Notes under the pieces: generated by a model
The model's database searches: none
Told to the model about the DNA's origin: nothing
Seen by the model: the letters and a program-made list of their open reading frames with translations, nothing else
Part shown: positions 45,941 to 58,545 of the stretch, piece by piece
Numbering within the stretch: position 1 is the stretch's first letter
Layout: each line of letters opens with the position of its first letter
Position numbers and translations under genes: made by a program
Assembly: GCA_030390025.1 (NCBI GenBank)
Contig: JASTWF010000035.1
Span: forward strand, 3,410,001 to 3,474,000
Origin: Squalus acanthias
Taxonomy: Eukaryota
DNA: 64,000 nucleotides
Direction: 5' to 3'

Positions 45941-47016
45941 GTAATGCAATGCTCCATCTCACCCTCAGTAAGCTCCCCGCTGGAGTGGAGCTAATTTACA
46001 GAACAAACGGGAAACTGTTCAACCTCCGTCGCCTCCAGTCCAGATCCAAGGTCGTCCTATCCTCTGTCGTCGAATTACAGCATGCAGACGACGCTTGCGT
46101 CTGCGCTCACTCGGAGGTCGAACTCCAAACCATCGTCAACACCTTCACCGAAGCGTACGAGAGCATAGGCCTTACACTAAACATCCGTAAGACAAAGGTC
46201 CTCTACCAACCTGCCCCCCGATTATCAAAATCCATGACAAGGCCTTGGACAACGTGGACCACTTTCCATACCTCGGGAGCCTACTGTCAACAAGGGCAGA
46301 TGTCGACGATGAAGTCCAACACTGCCTTCAGTGTGCCAGTGCAGCCTTCGGTCGCCTGAGGAAGAGAGTGTTTGAAGACCAGGACCTCAAACCCAGCACT
46401 AAGCTCGTGGTCTATAGAGCAGCGGTGATACCCGCCCTGCTGTATGCCTCAGAGACATGGACCATGTACAGCAGGCACCTCAAAGCACTGGAGAGGTACC
46501 ACACCAACGTCAGTGTTCTTGCTCAGGCCAACATCCCCAGCATCGAAGCTTTGACCTCGCTCGATCAGCTCCGATGGACGGGTCACATTGTCTGCATGCC
46601 TGATATGAGACTCCCAAAACAAGCGCTCTACTCGGAGCTCCGACACAGCAAGAGAGCCCCAGGTGGGCAGAGGAAACGCTTCAAGGACACCCTCAAAGCC
46701 TCCTTGAAAAAGTGTAACATCCCCACTGACACCTGGGAATCCCTGGCCCAAGACCGCACAAAGTGGAGGAGAAGCATCCGGGAAGGCGCCGAATACCTCG
46801 AGTCTCTTCGCCGGGAGCAAGCGGCAGCCAAGCGCAGGCAGCACAAGGAGCGCACGTCAACCCAAGCACCCCACCCACCTGCTCCTTCAACCACCGTCTG
46901 CCCCACCTGTGACAGAGACTGTAGGTCCCGCATTGCACTCATCAGTCACCTGCAAACTCATTTTTAACGTGGAAGCAAGTCATCCTCGGTTCCGAGGGAC
47001 TGCCTAAGAAGAAGCA
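45941..47016 (+). mobile_element. RTE-clade LINE, 5'-truncated
   Basis: GKLFNLRRL, HADD, FPYLGS, LLYASETW, QRKRFKDTLK, C-terminal CPTC..H..H finger; (AAG)n tail; TSD GCTAAT (45935-45940, 47017-47022). Confidence 0.95.
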
Positions 47017-47156
47017 GCTAATTAACCCTGTCTCATTACACAATACAAGATCTAAAATAGCCTGTTCCCTGGTTGGTTCCATGACATATTGTTCTAGGAA
47101 ACTGTCTTGGATGTATTCCATGAACTCATCCTCCAGACTACCTTTGCAATTTTATT

Positions 47157-49830
47157 TGTTTGAACAAAGGCTGTAATGAGGTCTGGAGCCGAATGGTCCT
47201 GGTGGAACCCAAACTGAGCATCGGTGAGCAGGTTATTGATGATAAGTGCCGCTTGATAGCACTGTCGATGACACCTTCCATCACTCTGCTGATGATTGAG
47301 AGTAGACTGATGGGGCGGTAATTGCTGGATTGGATTTGTCCTGTTTTGTGCAGACAGAATTTTCCACTTTGTCAGGTCGAAGGAGGAAGCTTATAAAGTT
47401 GCCAGAGAAAGCGGTCAGCCTGAGGATTGGGATCTTTTTAGAAATCAGCAAAGGGGGACCAAGAAATTGATAAAGAAAGGGAAAATGGAATAGGAGCACA
47501 AACTAGCGAAAAATATAGAAACGGATTGTAAAAGCTTCTATCGGTATTTGAAAAGGCGAAATGAGGAAATGGCAGCGAAATTAAATAAATACTTTGTTTC
47601 TGTCTTCACGGAGGAAGACACAAAAAACCTCCCAGAAATACGAGAAAACCAAGGGTGTGGCGAGAATGAGGAACTTAAAGAAATTGTTATTAGTAAAAAA
47701 AAACAGTACTAGCAAAATTAATGGGACTAAAAGTCGATAAATCCCAAGGACCGGATGACCTACATCCTAGGGTTTTGAAAGAGGTGGCCATTGGGATAGT
47801 GGACGCATTGGTTGTCATCTTCCAAAATTCTAAAGATTCTGGAACGGTTCCTGCAGATTGGAGGGTAGCAAATGTAACCCCGCTATTTAAGAAAGGAGGG
47901 AGAGAGAAAACGGGGAACTACAGACATGTTAGCCTCACATCAGTAGTTGGGAAAATGCTGGAATCTATTATAAAGGATGCAATAACTGGGCACTTAGAAA
48001 CTAATAGTAAGATTGGGCAGAGTCGGCATGGATTTATGAAAGGGAAATCCTGTTTGACAAGCCTATTGGAGTTCTTTGAGGATGTAACTAGTGGAGTAGA
48101 CAAAGGGGAACCGGTAGATGTGGTGTATTTGGATTTTCAGAAGGCCTTCGATAAGGTCCCACACAAGAGGTTGGTGAACAAAATTAGGGCACATGGAATT
48201 GGGGGTAATATACTAGCATGGATTGAGAATTGGTTAACAGACAGAAAACAAAGAGTAGGGATAAACGGGTCTTTTTCAGGATGGCAGGCTGTGACTAGTG
48301 GGGTACCGCAAGGATCGGTGCTTGGGCCCCAGCTATTCACAATCTATATCAATGATTTAGATGAGGGGACTAAATGTAACATTTCCAAATTTGCTGATAC
48401 AAAGCTAGGTGGCAGTGTCAGTTGCGAAGAGGATGTGAAGAGGCTTCAAGGGGATCTCGACAGGCTCAGTGAGTGGGCGAGAACATGGCAGATGGAATAT
48501 AATGTGGATAAATGTGAAGTTATCCACTTTGGTAGAAAAAACAGAAAGGCAGAGTATTTCCTAAATGGTGAAAGATTGGGGAATGCAGATGCTGAAAGGG
48601 ACCTGGGTGTCCTTGTACATGAGTCACTGAAAGTGAATGTGCAGGTGCAGCAAACCATTAGGAAGGCAAATTATATGTTTGCCTTCATTACAAGAAGATT
48701 TGAGTACAGGAGTAAAGAAGTCTTACTCCAGTTATATAGGCCTTGGTGAGACCACACCTGGAGTACTGTGTACAATTTTGGTCTCCTTACCTAAGGAAGG
48801 ATATACTTGCGATAGAGGGAGTGCAACGAAGGTTCACGAGATTGATTCCTGGGATGGCGGGACTGTCGTATGAGAAGAGATTGAGTAAACTAGGCCTGTA
48901 TTCTCTTGAATTCAGAAGAATGAGAGGGGATCTCATTGAAGCATACAAAATTATTACAGGGCTTGATAGGGTGGATGCTGGGAGAATGTTTCCCTTGGCT
49001 GGGGAGTCTAGAACCAGGGGCCACAGCCTGAGGATAAAGGGTAGGCCATTCAGAACTGAGATGAGAAGAAATTTCTTCACACAGAGGGTGGTGAATCTTT
49101 GGAATTCTCTACCCCAGAGGGCTGTGGAGGCTCAGTCATTGGGTATATTCAAAACAGAAGTCGATAGATTTCTGACTAGTAAGGGCATCAAGGGATATGG
49201 TGATAAGGCCGGTGAATGGAATTGAGGCAGAAGATCAGCCATGATCTCACTGAATGGCGGAGCAGGCTCGAAGGGCCCAATGGCCTACTCCTGCTCCTAT
49301 TTCTTATATTCTTATGATGCCAGTGTTGTAACTGTACTGGAATAGCTTGGCTAGGAGCACGGCTAGTTCTGCAGCACAAGTCTTCAGTATGACAGCCGGG
49401 ATGTTTTCGCTGCCCATAGCCTTAGCTGTATCCAATGCATTCAGCTGTTGCTTGCTATCATGTAGAGTGAATCAAATTGGCTGTAGACTGGCTTCTGTGA
49501 TGGTGGGGACCTCAGGAGGAGGCCGAGATGGATCATCCACTCAGCACTTCTGGCGGCAGATGGTTGCAAATGCTTCAGCCTTGTCATTTGCTCCCATGTG
49601 CTGGACTCTATCACCATGGAGGATGGGGATGTTCTTGGAGCCTTCTCCTCCCGTTAGTTGTTTAATTGTCCAGCACCATTCATGACAGGATGTGGCAAGA
49701 CTGCAGAGCTTTGATCTGATCAGTTGGTTGTGGGATCACATAGCTCTGTCTATTGCATGGTGTTTGCCTGGGGCTGAGATGGTTGGCCTCCAACCAAAAC
49801 TATCGTCCTTCATGCTAGGTATGACTCCAA
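47157..49830 (-). mobile_element. L2/Crack-like LINE fragment (47157-47380 and 49317-49830) split by CR1
   Basis: Minus strand reads NYRPISLLSIISRVMEG; sequence is collinear across the CR1. Confidence 0.78.
47381..49316 (+). mobile_element. CR1 3' 1.9 kb
   Basis: ORFs 47721-48749 and 48743-49225; tail TTCTTATATTCTTAT. Confidence 0.95.
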
Positions 49831-49844
49831 TATGTCTGATCTAT

Positions 49845-50165
49845 ACGCTCAGTCAAAATCCTCAAACTCCCTTCCTAACAGCACTATGGGAGTACCCTCA
49901 CCATACAGACTGCAGCAGTTTAAGAAGGCAGCTCACCTCCACCTTCCTTCTCAAGGACAATTAATGATCGGCAATGAATGCTCACCTTGCCAGCGACAGC
50001 CACATCCCATGAACTAATTTTTAAAAAATGAGGCACTGCACACCAGCTCAGCAAGGTTACATCGACAGCACCTCCCTGCAACCTTTTACCACTGAGCTTC
50101 ATTAAGTGAACACCGTCACCTCCAAGTTGCCCTCCATCCTGATTTGCACACATGTCGCCATTACT
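49845..50165 (+). mobile_element. L2/Crack-like LINE 3' end remnants
   Basis: Similar to 57860-58030 and 57690-57830. Confidence 0.7.
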
Positions 50166-50195
50166 GTGCCCAGTCTCTCCACCCACCACCGTTAC

Positions 50196-50267
50196 CTGAA
50201 GGCTCAGCGCGATCTGGCGGATGTAGAGCAGGTTCAGGTCCTCCATGATCCGGATCGTCTCGTCCAT
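50196..50267 (-). CDS. RTKN: First coding exon of rhotekin (short N-terminal isoform), 24 codons, phase 0
   Basis: Translates MDETIRIMEDLNLLYIRQIALSLQ, matching the recalled mammalian rhotekin isoform start MQDRLHILEDLNMLYIRQMALSLE in length and sequence; Kozak GAAATGG; donor CAG|GTAACG; lies in a CpG island. Confidence 0.88.
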
Positions 50268-50600
50268 TTCTGGCGGTGCCGGGCCGGTCACTCCCCGCCT
50301 CCGACAGTCCGCGACATCTCCCCAGGCTCCGGACACTCCCCGCCCCGGACACCGGACACTCCCCGCCCCGGGCTCCGGACACCGGACACTCCCCGCCCCG
50401 GGCTCCGGACACCGGTCACTCCCCGCCTTAGGGAGCTCCTCGCCGAGATCCCGTCTCCGAATCGCTCCCGGACCTCAGGCAACGTTTAAATGTGTGGAGC
50501 AGCTCGTACCAGACCCGACCCCAGCCCAGTACAGTTCCAGTCCCGAGCCCAGTTCCAGTCCGGCCCCAGGACGCGCCTCCCACACACATTCAATCCCTGC
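50268..50600 (-). promoter_or_regulatory. CpG-rich 5'UTR/promoter of the RTKN exon, with a short 30-bp tandem repeat (about 50320-50427)
   Basis: CpG-dense unique sequence upstream of the ATG; repeat unit CCCCGGGCTCCGGACACCGGACACTCCCCG containing GC-box-like CCCCGCCCC. Confidence 0.65.
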
Positions 50601-50914
50601 CAGCTCTGCATTCTTCCCTCACAGGAAGCCAGCTGTCTGAATGCTGCCTCTCTCTCGCAGCCCCTCACCCTGCTCCTGCCAGAGGCCCTTTGGCTCACAG
50701 GGACATTGCATACACACAAGCTCCATTCAGCTCAGCTCTTCCGCTAAATGCACCAAGTGTTTAGGCTCAAGTAGCTTCAACCTCACTGAGAATGTAAAGT
50801 TCAAGTTCTGTCTACTCGAGATTCAGATTCAGGATTACGTTTAGGGACAAAGTTAACAGAGTATGCAGAATCAGAGGACAAGTGGCAGAATGGCTGCAAG
50901 ACAGAAAGCAGAGA

Positions 50915-53172
50915 GTATCATAGAAATTAACAGCTCAGAAGAAAGCCATTCGGCCCATCCTTTCTGTGCCGGCCAACAAAGAGCCTAATCCCACTTTCCA
51001 GCACTTTGTTCATAGCCTTGTAGGTTACAATTCAAGTGCATCTCCAAGTACTTTTTAAATGCGATGAGGGTCTCTGCCTCTACCACCCTTTCAGGCAGTG
51101 AGTTCCAGACCCCCACCAGCCTCTGGGTGAAAAAATTTCTCCTCAAATCCCCTCTAAACCTCCGACCAATTACTTTAAATCTATGCCCCCTGGTTATTGA
51201 CCCTTCTGCTAAGGGAAATAGGTCCTTCCTATCCAATCTATCTGGGCCCCTCAGAACTATATACACCTCAATTAGGTCTCCCCTCAGTCTCCTCTGTTCC
51301 AAAGAAAACAACCCCAGCCTATCCAATCTTTCCTCATAGCTAAGTAGAAGGCGTATCAGTGGGGGAGCATTTTGGTGCTAGTGACCATAATTCTGTTAGA
51401 TTTAAGGTAGTTATGGAAAAGGACAAGGATAGACCAGGAATAAAAATTCTAAATTCGGGAAAAGCAAATTTTGCTAAGCTCAGAGGGGATTTAACCATAG
51501 TGGACTGGAAACAGCTACTTGAAGGTAAATCAATGTCAGAGCAGTGGGAGGCATTCAAGGAGGAGATCCGGAGGGTTCAGACCAAATATGTGCCCTTAAA
51601 GAAAAAAGGTGGGACTAACAAATCTAGAGCCCCCTGGATGTACAGGGTAGGATAATGAAAAAAAAGGAGGCGTATGACAGATACCGAGGACTAAATACTC
51701 CAGAATCTTTAGAGGAGTACAGAAAGTGCAGGGGTGCAATTAAAAATGGTATTAGGAAAGCAAAGAGAGAGCATGAAAAATTCTTGGCAAGTAAAATCAA
51801 GGAAAACCGAAAGATGTTTTATAAATATATTAAGAGTAAGAGGATAACTAAAGAAAGGGTAGGGCCTTTTAGAGATCATGAGGGTAATCTGTGTGTGGAG
51901 GCGGGAGACATCAGTAGGGTTCTTAATGAATACTTTGCGTCTGTTTTCACAAAGGAGAGGGGCGAAGCAGACATTGCTATCGGGGGGGGAGGAGTGTGAA
52001 ATACTAGATGAAATAAACATAGTGAGAGAGGAAGTATTAAGGGGATTAGCAGCTTTAAAAGTGGATAAATCCCCAGGCCCGGATTAAATGTATCCCAGGC
52101 TGTTAAGCGAAGCAAAGGAGGAAATAGCAGAGGCCCTGACCATCATTTTCTCTCTGGCTTCAGGTGTGGTGCCGAAGGACTGGAGGACTGCTAATGTGGT
52201 ACACTTGTTTAAAAAGGGAGAAAAGGATAGGCCGAGTAATTACAGGCCAGTCAGCCTAACCTCAGTGGTGGGAAAATTATTGAAAAGAATTCTGAAGACA
52301 GGATAAATCTTAATTTAGACAGACACGGATTAATCAAGGATAGTCAGCACGGATTTGTTAAGGGAAGGTCGTGAATGACAAACTTGATTTAATTTTTTGA
52401 GGAGGTAACAAGGAGGGTAGATGAGGGTAGTGCGTTTGATGTAGTGTATATGGACTTTAACAAGGCTTTTGATAAGGTTCCACATGGCAGACTGGTCACG
52501 AAGTTTAAAAACCCATGGGATCCAGAGCAAAGTGTCAAGTTGGATTCAAAACTGGCTTGGAGGCAGGAAGCAGAGGGTACTTGTTGATGGGTGTTTTTGT
52601 GACTGTTTCCAGTGGGGTTCCGCAAAGCTCAGTACTAGGTCCCTTGCTTTTTGTGGTATATATCAATGATCTAGACTTGAATATAGGGGGTATGATTAAG
52701 AAGTTTGCAGAAGATACTAAAATCGGCTGTGTGGTTGATACTGAAGAAGGAAGCTGTAGACTGCAGGAAGATATCAATAAATTGGTCAGGTGGGCAGAAC
52801 AGTGGCAAATGGAATTCAATCCGGAGAAGTGTGAGGTAATGCATTTGGGGAGGGCTAACAAGGAAAGGGAATACACATTAAATGGTAGGACACCGAGTAG
52901 TGTAGAGGAACAAAGGGACCTTGGAGTGCATGTCCACAGATCCCTGAAGGTAGCAGGCTAAGTAGATAAGGTGGTTAAGAAGGCATACGGAATGCTTGCC
53001 GTTATTAGCCGTGGCATAGAATACAAGAGCCAGGGGGGTTATGCTTCAACTGTATAAAACACTAGTTAGGCCTCAGCTAGAGTACTGTGTGCAGTTCTGG
53101 TCACCACATTACAGGAAAGATGTGATTGCACTAGAGAGGGTACAGAGGAGATTTACAAGGATGTTGCCGGGA
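50915..53172. mobile_element. CR1 (HER1-type) with 5' inversion: 3' end on minus (50915-51344), upstream part on plus (51342-53172)
   Basis: The plus part ends ..ATGTTGCCGGGA and the minus part begins CTTAGCTATGAGG; these are 9 bp apart in the unrearranged copy at about 33610-33640. Confidence 0.85.
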
Positions 53173-53834
53173 TAGATCCCTGAAGGCAGCAGGACAGGTA
53201 GATAAGGTGGTTAAAAAGGCATATGGGATACTTGCCTTCATTAGCCAAGGCATAGAATATAAGAGCAGGGAGGTTATGATGGAGATGTACAAAACGCTAG
53301 TTAGGCCACAGCTGGAATACTGTGTGCAGTTCTGGTCGCCACACTATAGGAGGGATGTGATTGCATTGGAGAGGGTGCAGAGGAGATTCACCAGGATGTT
53401 ACCTGGGCTGGAGCGCTTCAGCTATGAAGAGAGACTGGACAGGCTGAGGTTGTTTTCCTTAGAGCAGAGAAGGCTGAGGGGGGACCTGATTGAGGTGTAC
53501 AAAATTATGAGGGGCATAGAAAGGATAGATAGAAAGGAACTTTTCCCCTTAGTAGAGGGGTCAATAACCAGGGGGCATAGTTTCAAGGTAAGGGGCAGGA
53601 GGTTTAGAGGGGATTTGAGGGAAAAAAAATTCACCCAGAGGGTGGTTGGAATCTGGAACTCACTGCCTGAAAGGGTGGTAGAGGCAGGAACCCTCACAAC
53701 ATTCAAGAAGCATTTAGATGAGCACTTGAAATGCCATAGCATACAAGGCTACGGACCAAGTGCTGAAAAATGGGATTAGAATAGACAGGGCTTGATGGCC
53801 GGCGCAGACATGATGGGCCGAAGGGCCTCTTTCT
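53173..53834 (+). mobile_element. CR1 (HER1-type) 3' fragment
   Basis: ORF 53207-53779 encodes the ORF2 C-terminus. Confidence 0.92.
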
Positions 53835-56668
53835 GTGGATGAATTAGCTGCGCAAATAGAGGTAAACGAATATGATTTGATTGGGATTACCGAAACATGG
53901 CTCCAGGGTGGCCAAGGCTGGGAACTTAATATCCAGGGGTACTCAATATTCAGGAAAGATAGGCAAAAAGGAAAGGGAGGTGGGGTAGCATTGCTGGTTA
54001 AAGAGGGGATTAACACAATTGAAAGGAAGGATATTAGCTCTGATGATGTGGAATCTGTATGGGTTGAACTGAGAAATAACAAGGGGCAGAAAACGTTAGT
54101 GGGAGTGATATATAGACCTCCAAACAGTAATGCGGAGGTTGGGGATGGCATTAAAAGCGAAATTAGAGAAGCGTGCAATAAGGGCACAGCAGTCATCATG
54201 GGTGACTTTAATCTACATATAGATTGGGCTAACCAAATTAGTAACAATACTATGGAGGAGGAATTCCTGGAGTGTTTACGGGATGGTTTCCTGGACCAAT
54301 ATGTCGAGGAACCAACCAGAGATCAGGCCATCTTAGACTGGGTATTATGCAATGAGAAAGGATTAATTAGCAATCTTGTTGTGCGAGGCCCCTTGGGTCG
54401 GAGCGATCATAATATGATATAATTCTTCATTAGGATGGAGAGTGAAGTAGTTGACTCGGAGACTAGGGTCCTGAATTTAAATAAAGGAAACTACGATGGT
54501 ATGAGGTGCGAGTTGGGTAGGATTGATTGGGGAATGTCACTCAAAGGTTGGTGGATAGGCAATGGCAAACATTCAAAGACCGCATGGACGAACTACAGAA
54601 TTTGTTCATCCCAGTTTGGCATAAGAATAAAACAAAAAGGGTGACTCAACCATGGCTAACAAGGGAAATTAGGGATGGCATAAGATCCAAGGAGAGGTCA
54701 TATAAATTGGCCATAAAAAGCAGTAACCCTGAGGATTGGGAGCAGTTTAAGATTCAACAAAGGGATTAATTAAGAAGGGGAAAATAGAATACGAGAGTAA
54801 GCTTGCAGGGAACATAAAAACTGACTGTAAAAGCTTTTATAGTTATGTGAAGAGAAAAAGATTAGTGAAATCAAGCATAGGTCCCTTGCAATTAGAATCA
54901 GGGGAACTTATAATGGGGAACAAAGAAATGTCAGACCAATTAAATACATATTTTGGTTCTGTCTTCACAAAGGAGGACACAAATAACCTCCCAGAGATGT
55001 TGGGAAACATAGGGTCTGATGAAAGGGAGGAACTGAAAGAAATCAGTATTTGTAGGGAAATGGTGTTAGGGAAATTGAAGGGATTGAAGGCCGATAAATC
55101 CCCAGGGCCTGATAATCTATATCCTAGGAAGTGGCACTCGAAATAGTAGACGCATTGCTGATCATCTTCCAACATTCGATGGAATCTGGAACAGTACCCA
55201 TGGATTGGAGGGTAGCTAATGTTACCCCACTATTCAAAAAGGGTGGTAGAGAGGAAACGGGGAATTACAGACCGGTAAGCCTGACATCGATAGTGGGGAA
55301 AATTCTAGAGTCCATTATAAAAGATGTAATAGCTGAGCACTTGGAAAACAGTAACAGGATCGGACAAAGTCAACATGGATTTACAAAAGGTAAATCATGC
55401 TTGACTAATCTACTGGAATTTTTTGAGGATGTAACTGGTAAAATAGATAAGGGAGAACCAGTGGATGTAGTGTATTTGGACTTCCAAAAGGCTTTTGATA
55501 AGGTCCCGCATAAGAGATTAGCGTGTAAAGTTAAGGCACATGGGATTGGGGGCAAGGTATTGACTTGGATAGAGAACTGGTTGGCAGACAGAAAGCAAAG
55601 AGTTGCAATAAACGGGTCTTTTTCCGAGTGGCAGGCAGTGACTAGTGGGGTACCGCAGGGATCGGTCCTTGGACCCCAGCTATTCACAATATATATTAAT
55701 GATCTAGACAAGGGAACTAGATGTAATATCTCCAAGTTTGCAGACGACACAAAACTGGGTGGGCGTGTGTGCTGCGAGGAGGATGCCGAGAAACTCCAGG
55801 ATGATTTGGACTGGTTGGGCGATTGGGCAGAAGCGTGGCAGATGCAATATAATGTGGATAAATGCGAGGTTATCCACTTTGGTGTCAAAAACAGAAAGGC
55901 AGATTATTATCTGAATGGCAATAGATTGGGAGAAGGGGAAGTGCAACGAGACCTGGGTGTCCTTGTGCACCAGTCACTGAAGGTAAGCATGCAGGTGCAG
56001 CAGGCGGTTAAGAAGGCAAATGGTATGTTGGCCTTCATAGCGAGAGGGTTTGAGTACAGGAACAAGGATGTCTTGCTGCAGTTGTACAGGGCATTGGTGA
56101 GACCACACCTTGAGTAGTGTGTACAGTTTTGGTCGCCTTATCTGAGGAAGGATGTTCTTGCCATGGAGGGAGTGCAGCAAAGATTCACCAGAGTGATACC
56201 TGGGATGACAGGAATGACGTATGAAGAGAGATTGGGTCGATTGGGCTTATACTCGCTGGAGTTTAGATGAATGAGAGGGGATCTCATTGAAACTTATAAA
56301 ATTCTGACAGGACAGGACAAACTAGCTGCAGGAAGGATGTTCCCGATGGTCGGGGAGTCCAGAACCAGGGGTCACAGTCTAAGGATAAGGGGTAAGCCAT
56401 TTAGGACAGAAATGAGGAGGAATTTCTTCACCCAGAGAGTGGTGAACCTGTGGAATTCTCTGCCACAGAAGGCAGTAGAGGCCAATTCATTAAATAGATT
56501 CAAGAAGGAGTTGGACATATTTCTTAAGGCTAAAGGGATCAAGGGATATGGGGAGAAAGCAGTGACAGGGTACTGAATTTGGATGATCAGCCATGATCGC
56601 ATTGAATGGCGGAGCAGGCTAGAGGGGAAGAATGGCTTACTCCTGGTCCTGTCTTCTATGATTCTATG
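53835..56668 (+). mobile_element. 5'-truncated, disrupted CR1 of the same subfamily as 428-3824
   Basis: ORF2 pieces 53835-56576 with stops and frameshifts; tail TTCTATGATTCTATG. Confidence 0.95.
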
Positions 56669-58325
56669 AAAGAAATTTGCAGGGCTACGAGGAAAGGGCG
56701 CGGTAGGGGGACTAACTGAAGTGCTCTTGCAGAGAACCAGCACAGGATCAATGGGCCGAACGGCCTTCTTCCGTGCTGTAACCATTCTATGATTCATTCT
56801 ATGATTCTATGAATCCATGCCTCTCCAAATGAAAGTTAATTTTTTTCCCTGATAATTGTTTTCAATAACTTCCTCACCATTGATGTTAGGCTGACTGGCC
56901 TGTAATTTCCTGGTTTATCCCTCTCTCCTTTCTTGAATAGTGGTAATAACATTAGCAACCCTCCAGTCCTTCGGTACTACTCCTGTATCCAATGAGGGTT
57001 GAAAGATTGTGACCAATGCATCTGCTATTTCTACTTTTGCTTCTTTCAGCAACGGACGATGCATTCCATCTGGGCCAGGTGACTTACCAACGTTCAGTAA
57101 TGCTAATCTTTTTAGTATGTCTTCTCTATGTATTCGTATCCTGTCCACAACTTCCCTCTCATCTTTTTGTGTAACCTTCACATAATCTGCTACCTTTGTG
57201 AGGACAGATGCAAAGTACTCATTTAATACTTTAGCCATGTCCTCTGCCTTTACATGAAGATTTCCCTTTGGGTCCTTAATAGGCAATGGAAATCAGGGGG
57301 AAAACTCTTCACTGACAAGATTCTAACCACCTCCCCTTGACATTCAATGGCATTACCATCGTCAAATCCGCCACCATCAACATCCTGGGGTCACCATTAA
57401 CCAGAAACTTAATTGGACCAGCCACATAAATACTGTGGCTATAAGAGCAGGTCAGAGGCTGTGTATCCTGACTCCCCAAAGCCTTTCCACCATCTACAAG
57501 GCACAAGTCAGGAGTGTGATGGAATACTCTCCACTTGCTTGGATGAGTGCAGCTCCAACAACACTCAAGAAGCTCGACACCATCCAGGACAAAGTAATCC
57601 GCTTGATTGACACCCCATCCACCACCTTAAACATTCACTCCCTCCACCACCGGTGTACCGTGGCTGCAGTGTGTATCATCTACAAGATGCACTGCAGCAA
57701 GTCGCCAAGGCTTCTTCGGCAGCACCTCCCAAACCCACAACTTCTACCACCTCGAAGGACAAGGGCAGCAGGTGCATGGGAACACCACCACCTCCAAGTT
57801 CCCCTCCAAGTCACACAACATCCTAACTTGGAAATATTTTGTTGTTCCTTCATTGTCGCTGGGTCAAAATCCTGGAACTCCCTCCCTAACAGCACTGTGG
57901 GAGCACCTTCACCACACAGACTGCAGCGATTCAAGAAGGCGGCTCACCACCATCTTCTCAAGGGCAATTAGGGATGGGCAATAAATGCTGGCCTTGCCAG
58001 CGACGCCCACATCCTGTGACAAATAAAAATACCTGAATCTTGCTCCTGCCATTTGTCATAAGCCTCCTTTTTCTGTTTTATTTCCTTTGTCATCCAGGGT
58101 GCATTAGCTTTGGGTGCTCTACCTTTTCCCTAGTTTGTACCTGAACTATCCCTTCCCTGAATGCCCTCTATTGCTCCATTACTGCTTTACCCTGCAATGG
58201 CCTTTTCCAATCTACCTGTGCGAGGTCCCTTCTTAAATCACTGAAATTAGTTCTTCCCCAGTTGAGCATTTTTACCTTTGATATTTTCTGTTCTCTTTCC
58301 ATAATTGCTCTGAACCAAATTATGT
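56669..58325. mobile_element. CR1 remnants: plus-strand tail (56669-56812) and minus-strand ORF2 fragments (56812-57283, 58030-58325)
   Basis: ATTCTATG tail repeats; minus ORF 56915-57286 (KSPGPDG..WRVANV). Confidence 0.8.
57284..58030 (+). mobile_element. L2/Crack-like LINE 3' end
   Basis: IYKAQVRSVMEYSPLAW..LDTIQ..WNSLP..FKKAAHHHLLKGN*, short 3'UTR and A-rich end. Clade assignment is tentative. Confidence 0.85.
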
Positions 58326-58545
58326 TACTGGTAGCTAGCTGGGGAGGGGGGCTGGTTGGGGCCGGGTGAGTTGCAGGTTGCTTGGCCTGAGGCTGGGCGG
58401 GAGGGGAAGGGGCCGGGCCCAGATGCACCGCACCTCCAGCCCAGTGATGCAACACTGCGCATGTGCACCAATACCTGCAGGTCTCCAGGATTCTGCACAA
58501 CTGACAAACCAATCAGCGAAGCTCCGATTCAATAACAAATAATCA
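58326..58545. promoter_or_regulatory. Promoter-like unique GC-rich patch
   Basis: GGGCGGG GC box, NRF1-like TGCGCATGTGCA, two CCAAT motifs. Confidence 0.4.

Larger units (their letters stand above)
41602..47155 (-). mobile_element. Decayed CR1 (pieces 41602-42376, 44141-44563, 44976-45940, 47017-47155) hosting three direct insertions
   Basis: Collinear ORF2 across each insertion junction. Confidence 0.88.

Noticed and set aside
47157..50030. Twin-priming inversion of the L2/Crack-like LINE
   Set aside because: Orientation fits, but more than 1 kb is missing between the parts and they are too decayed to link.
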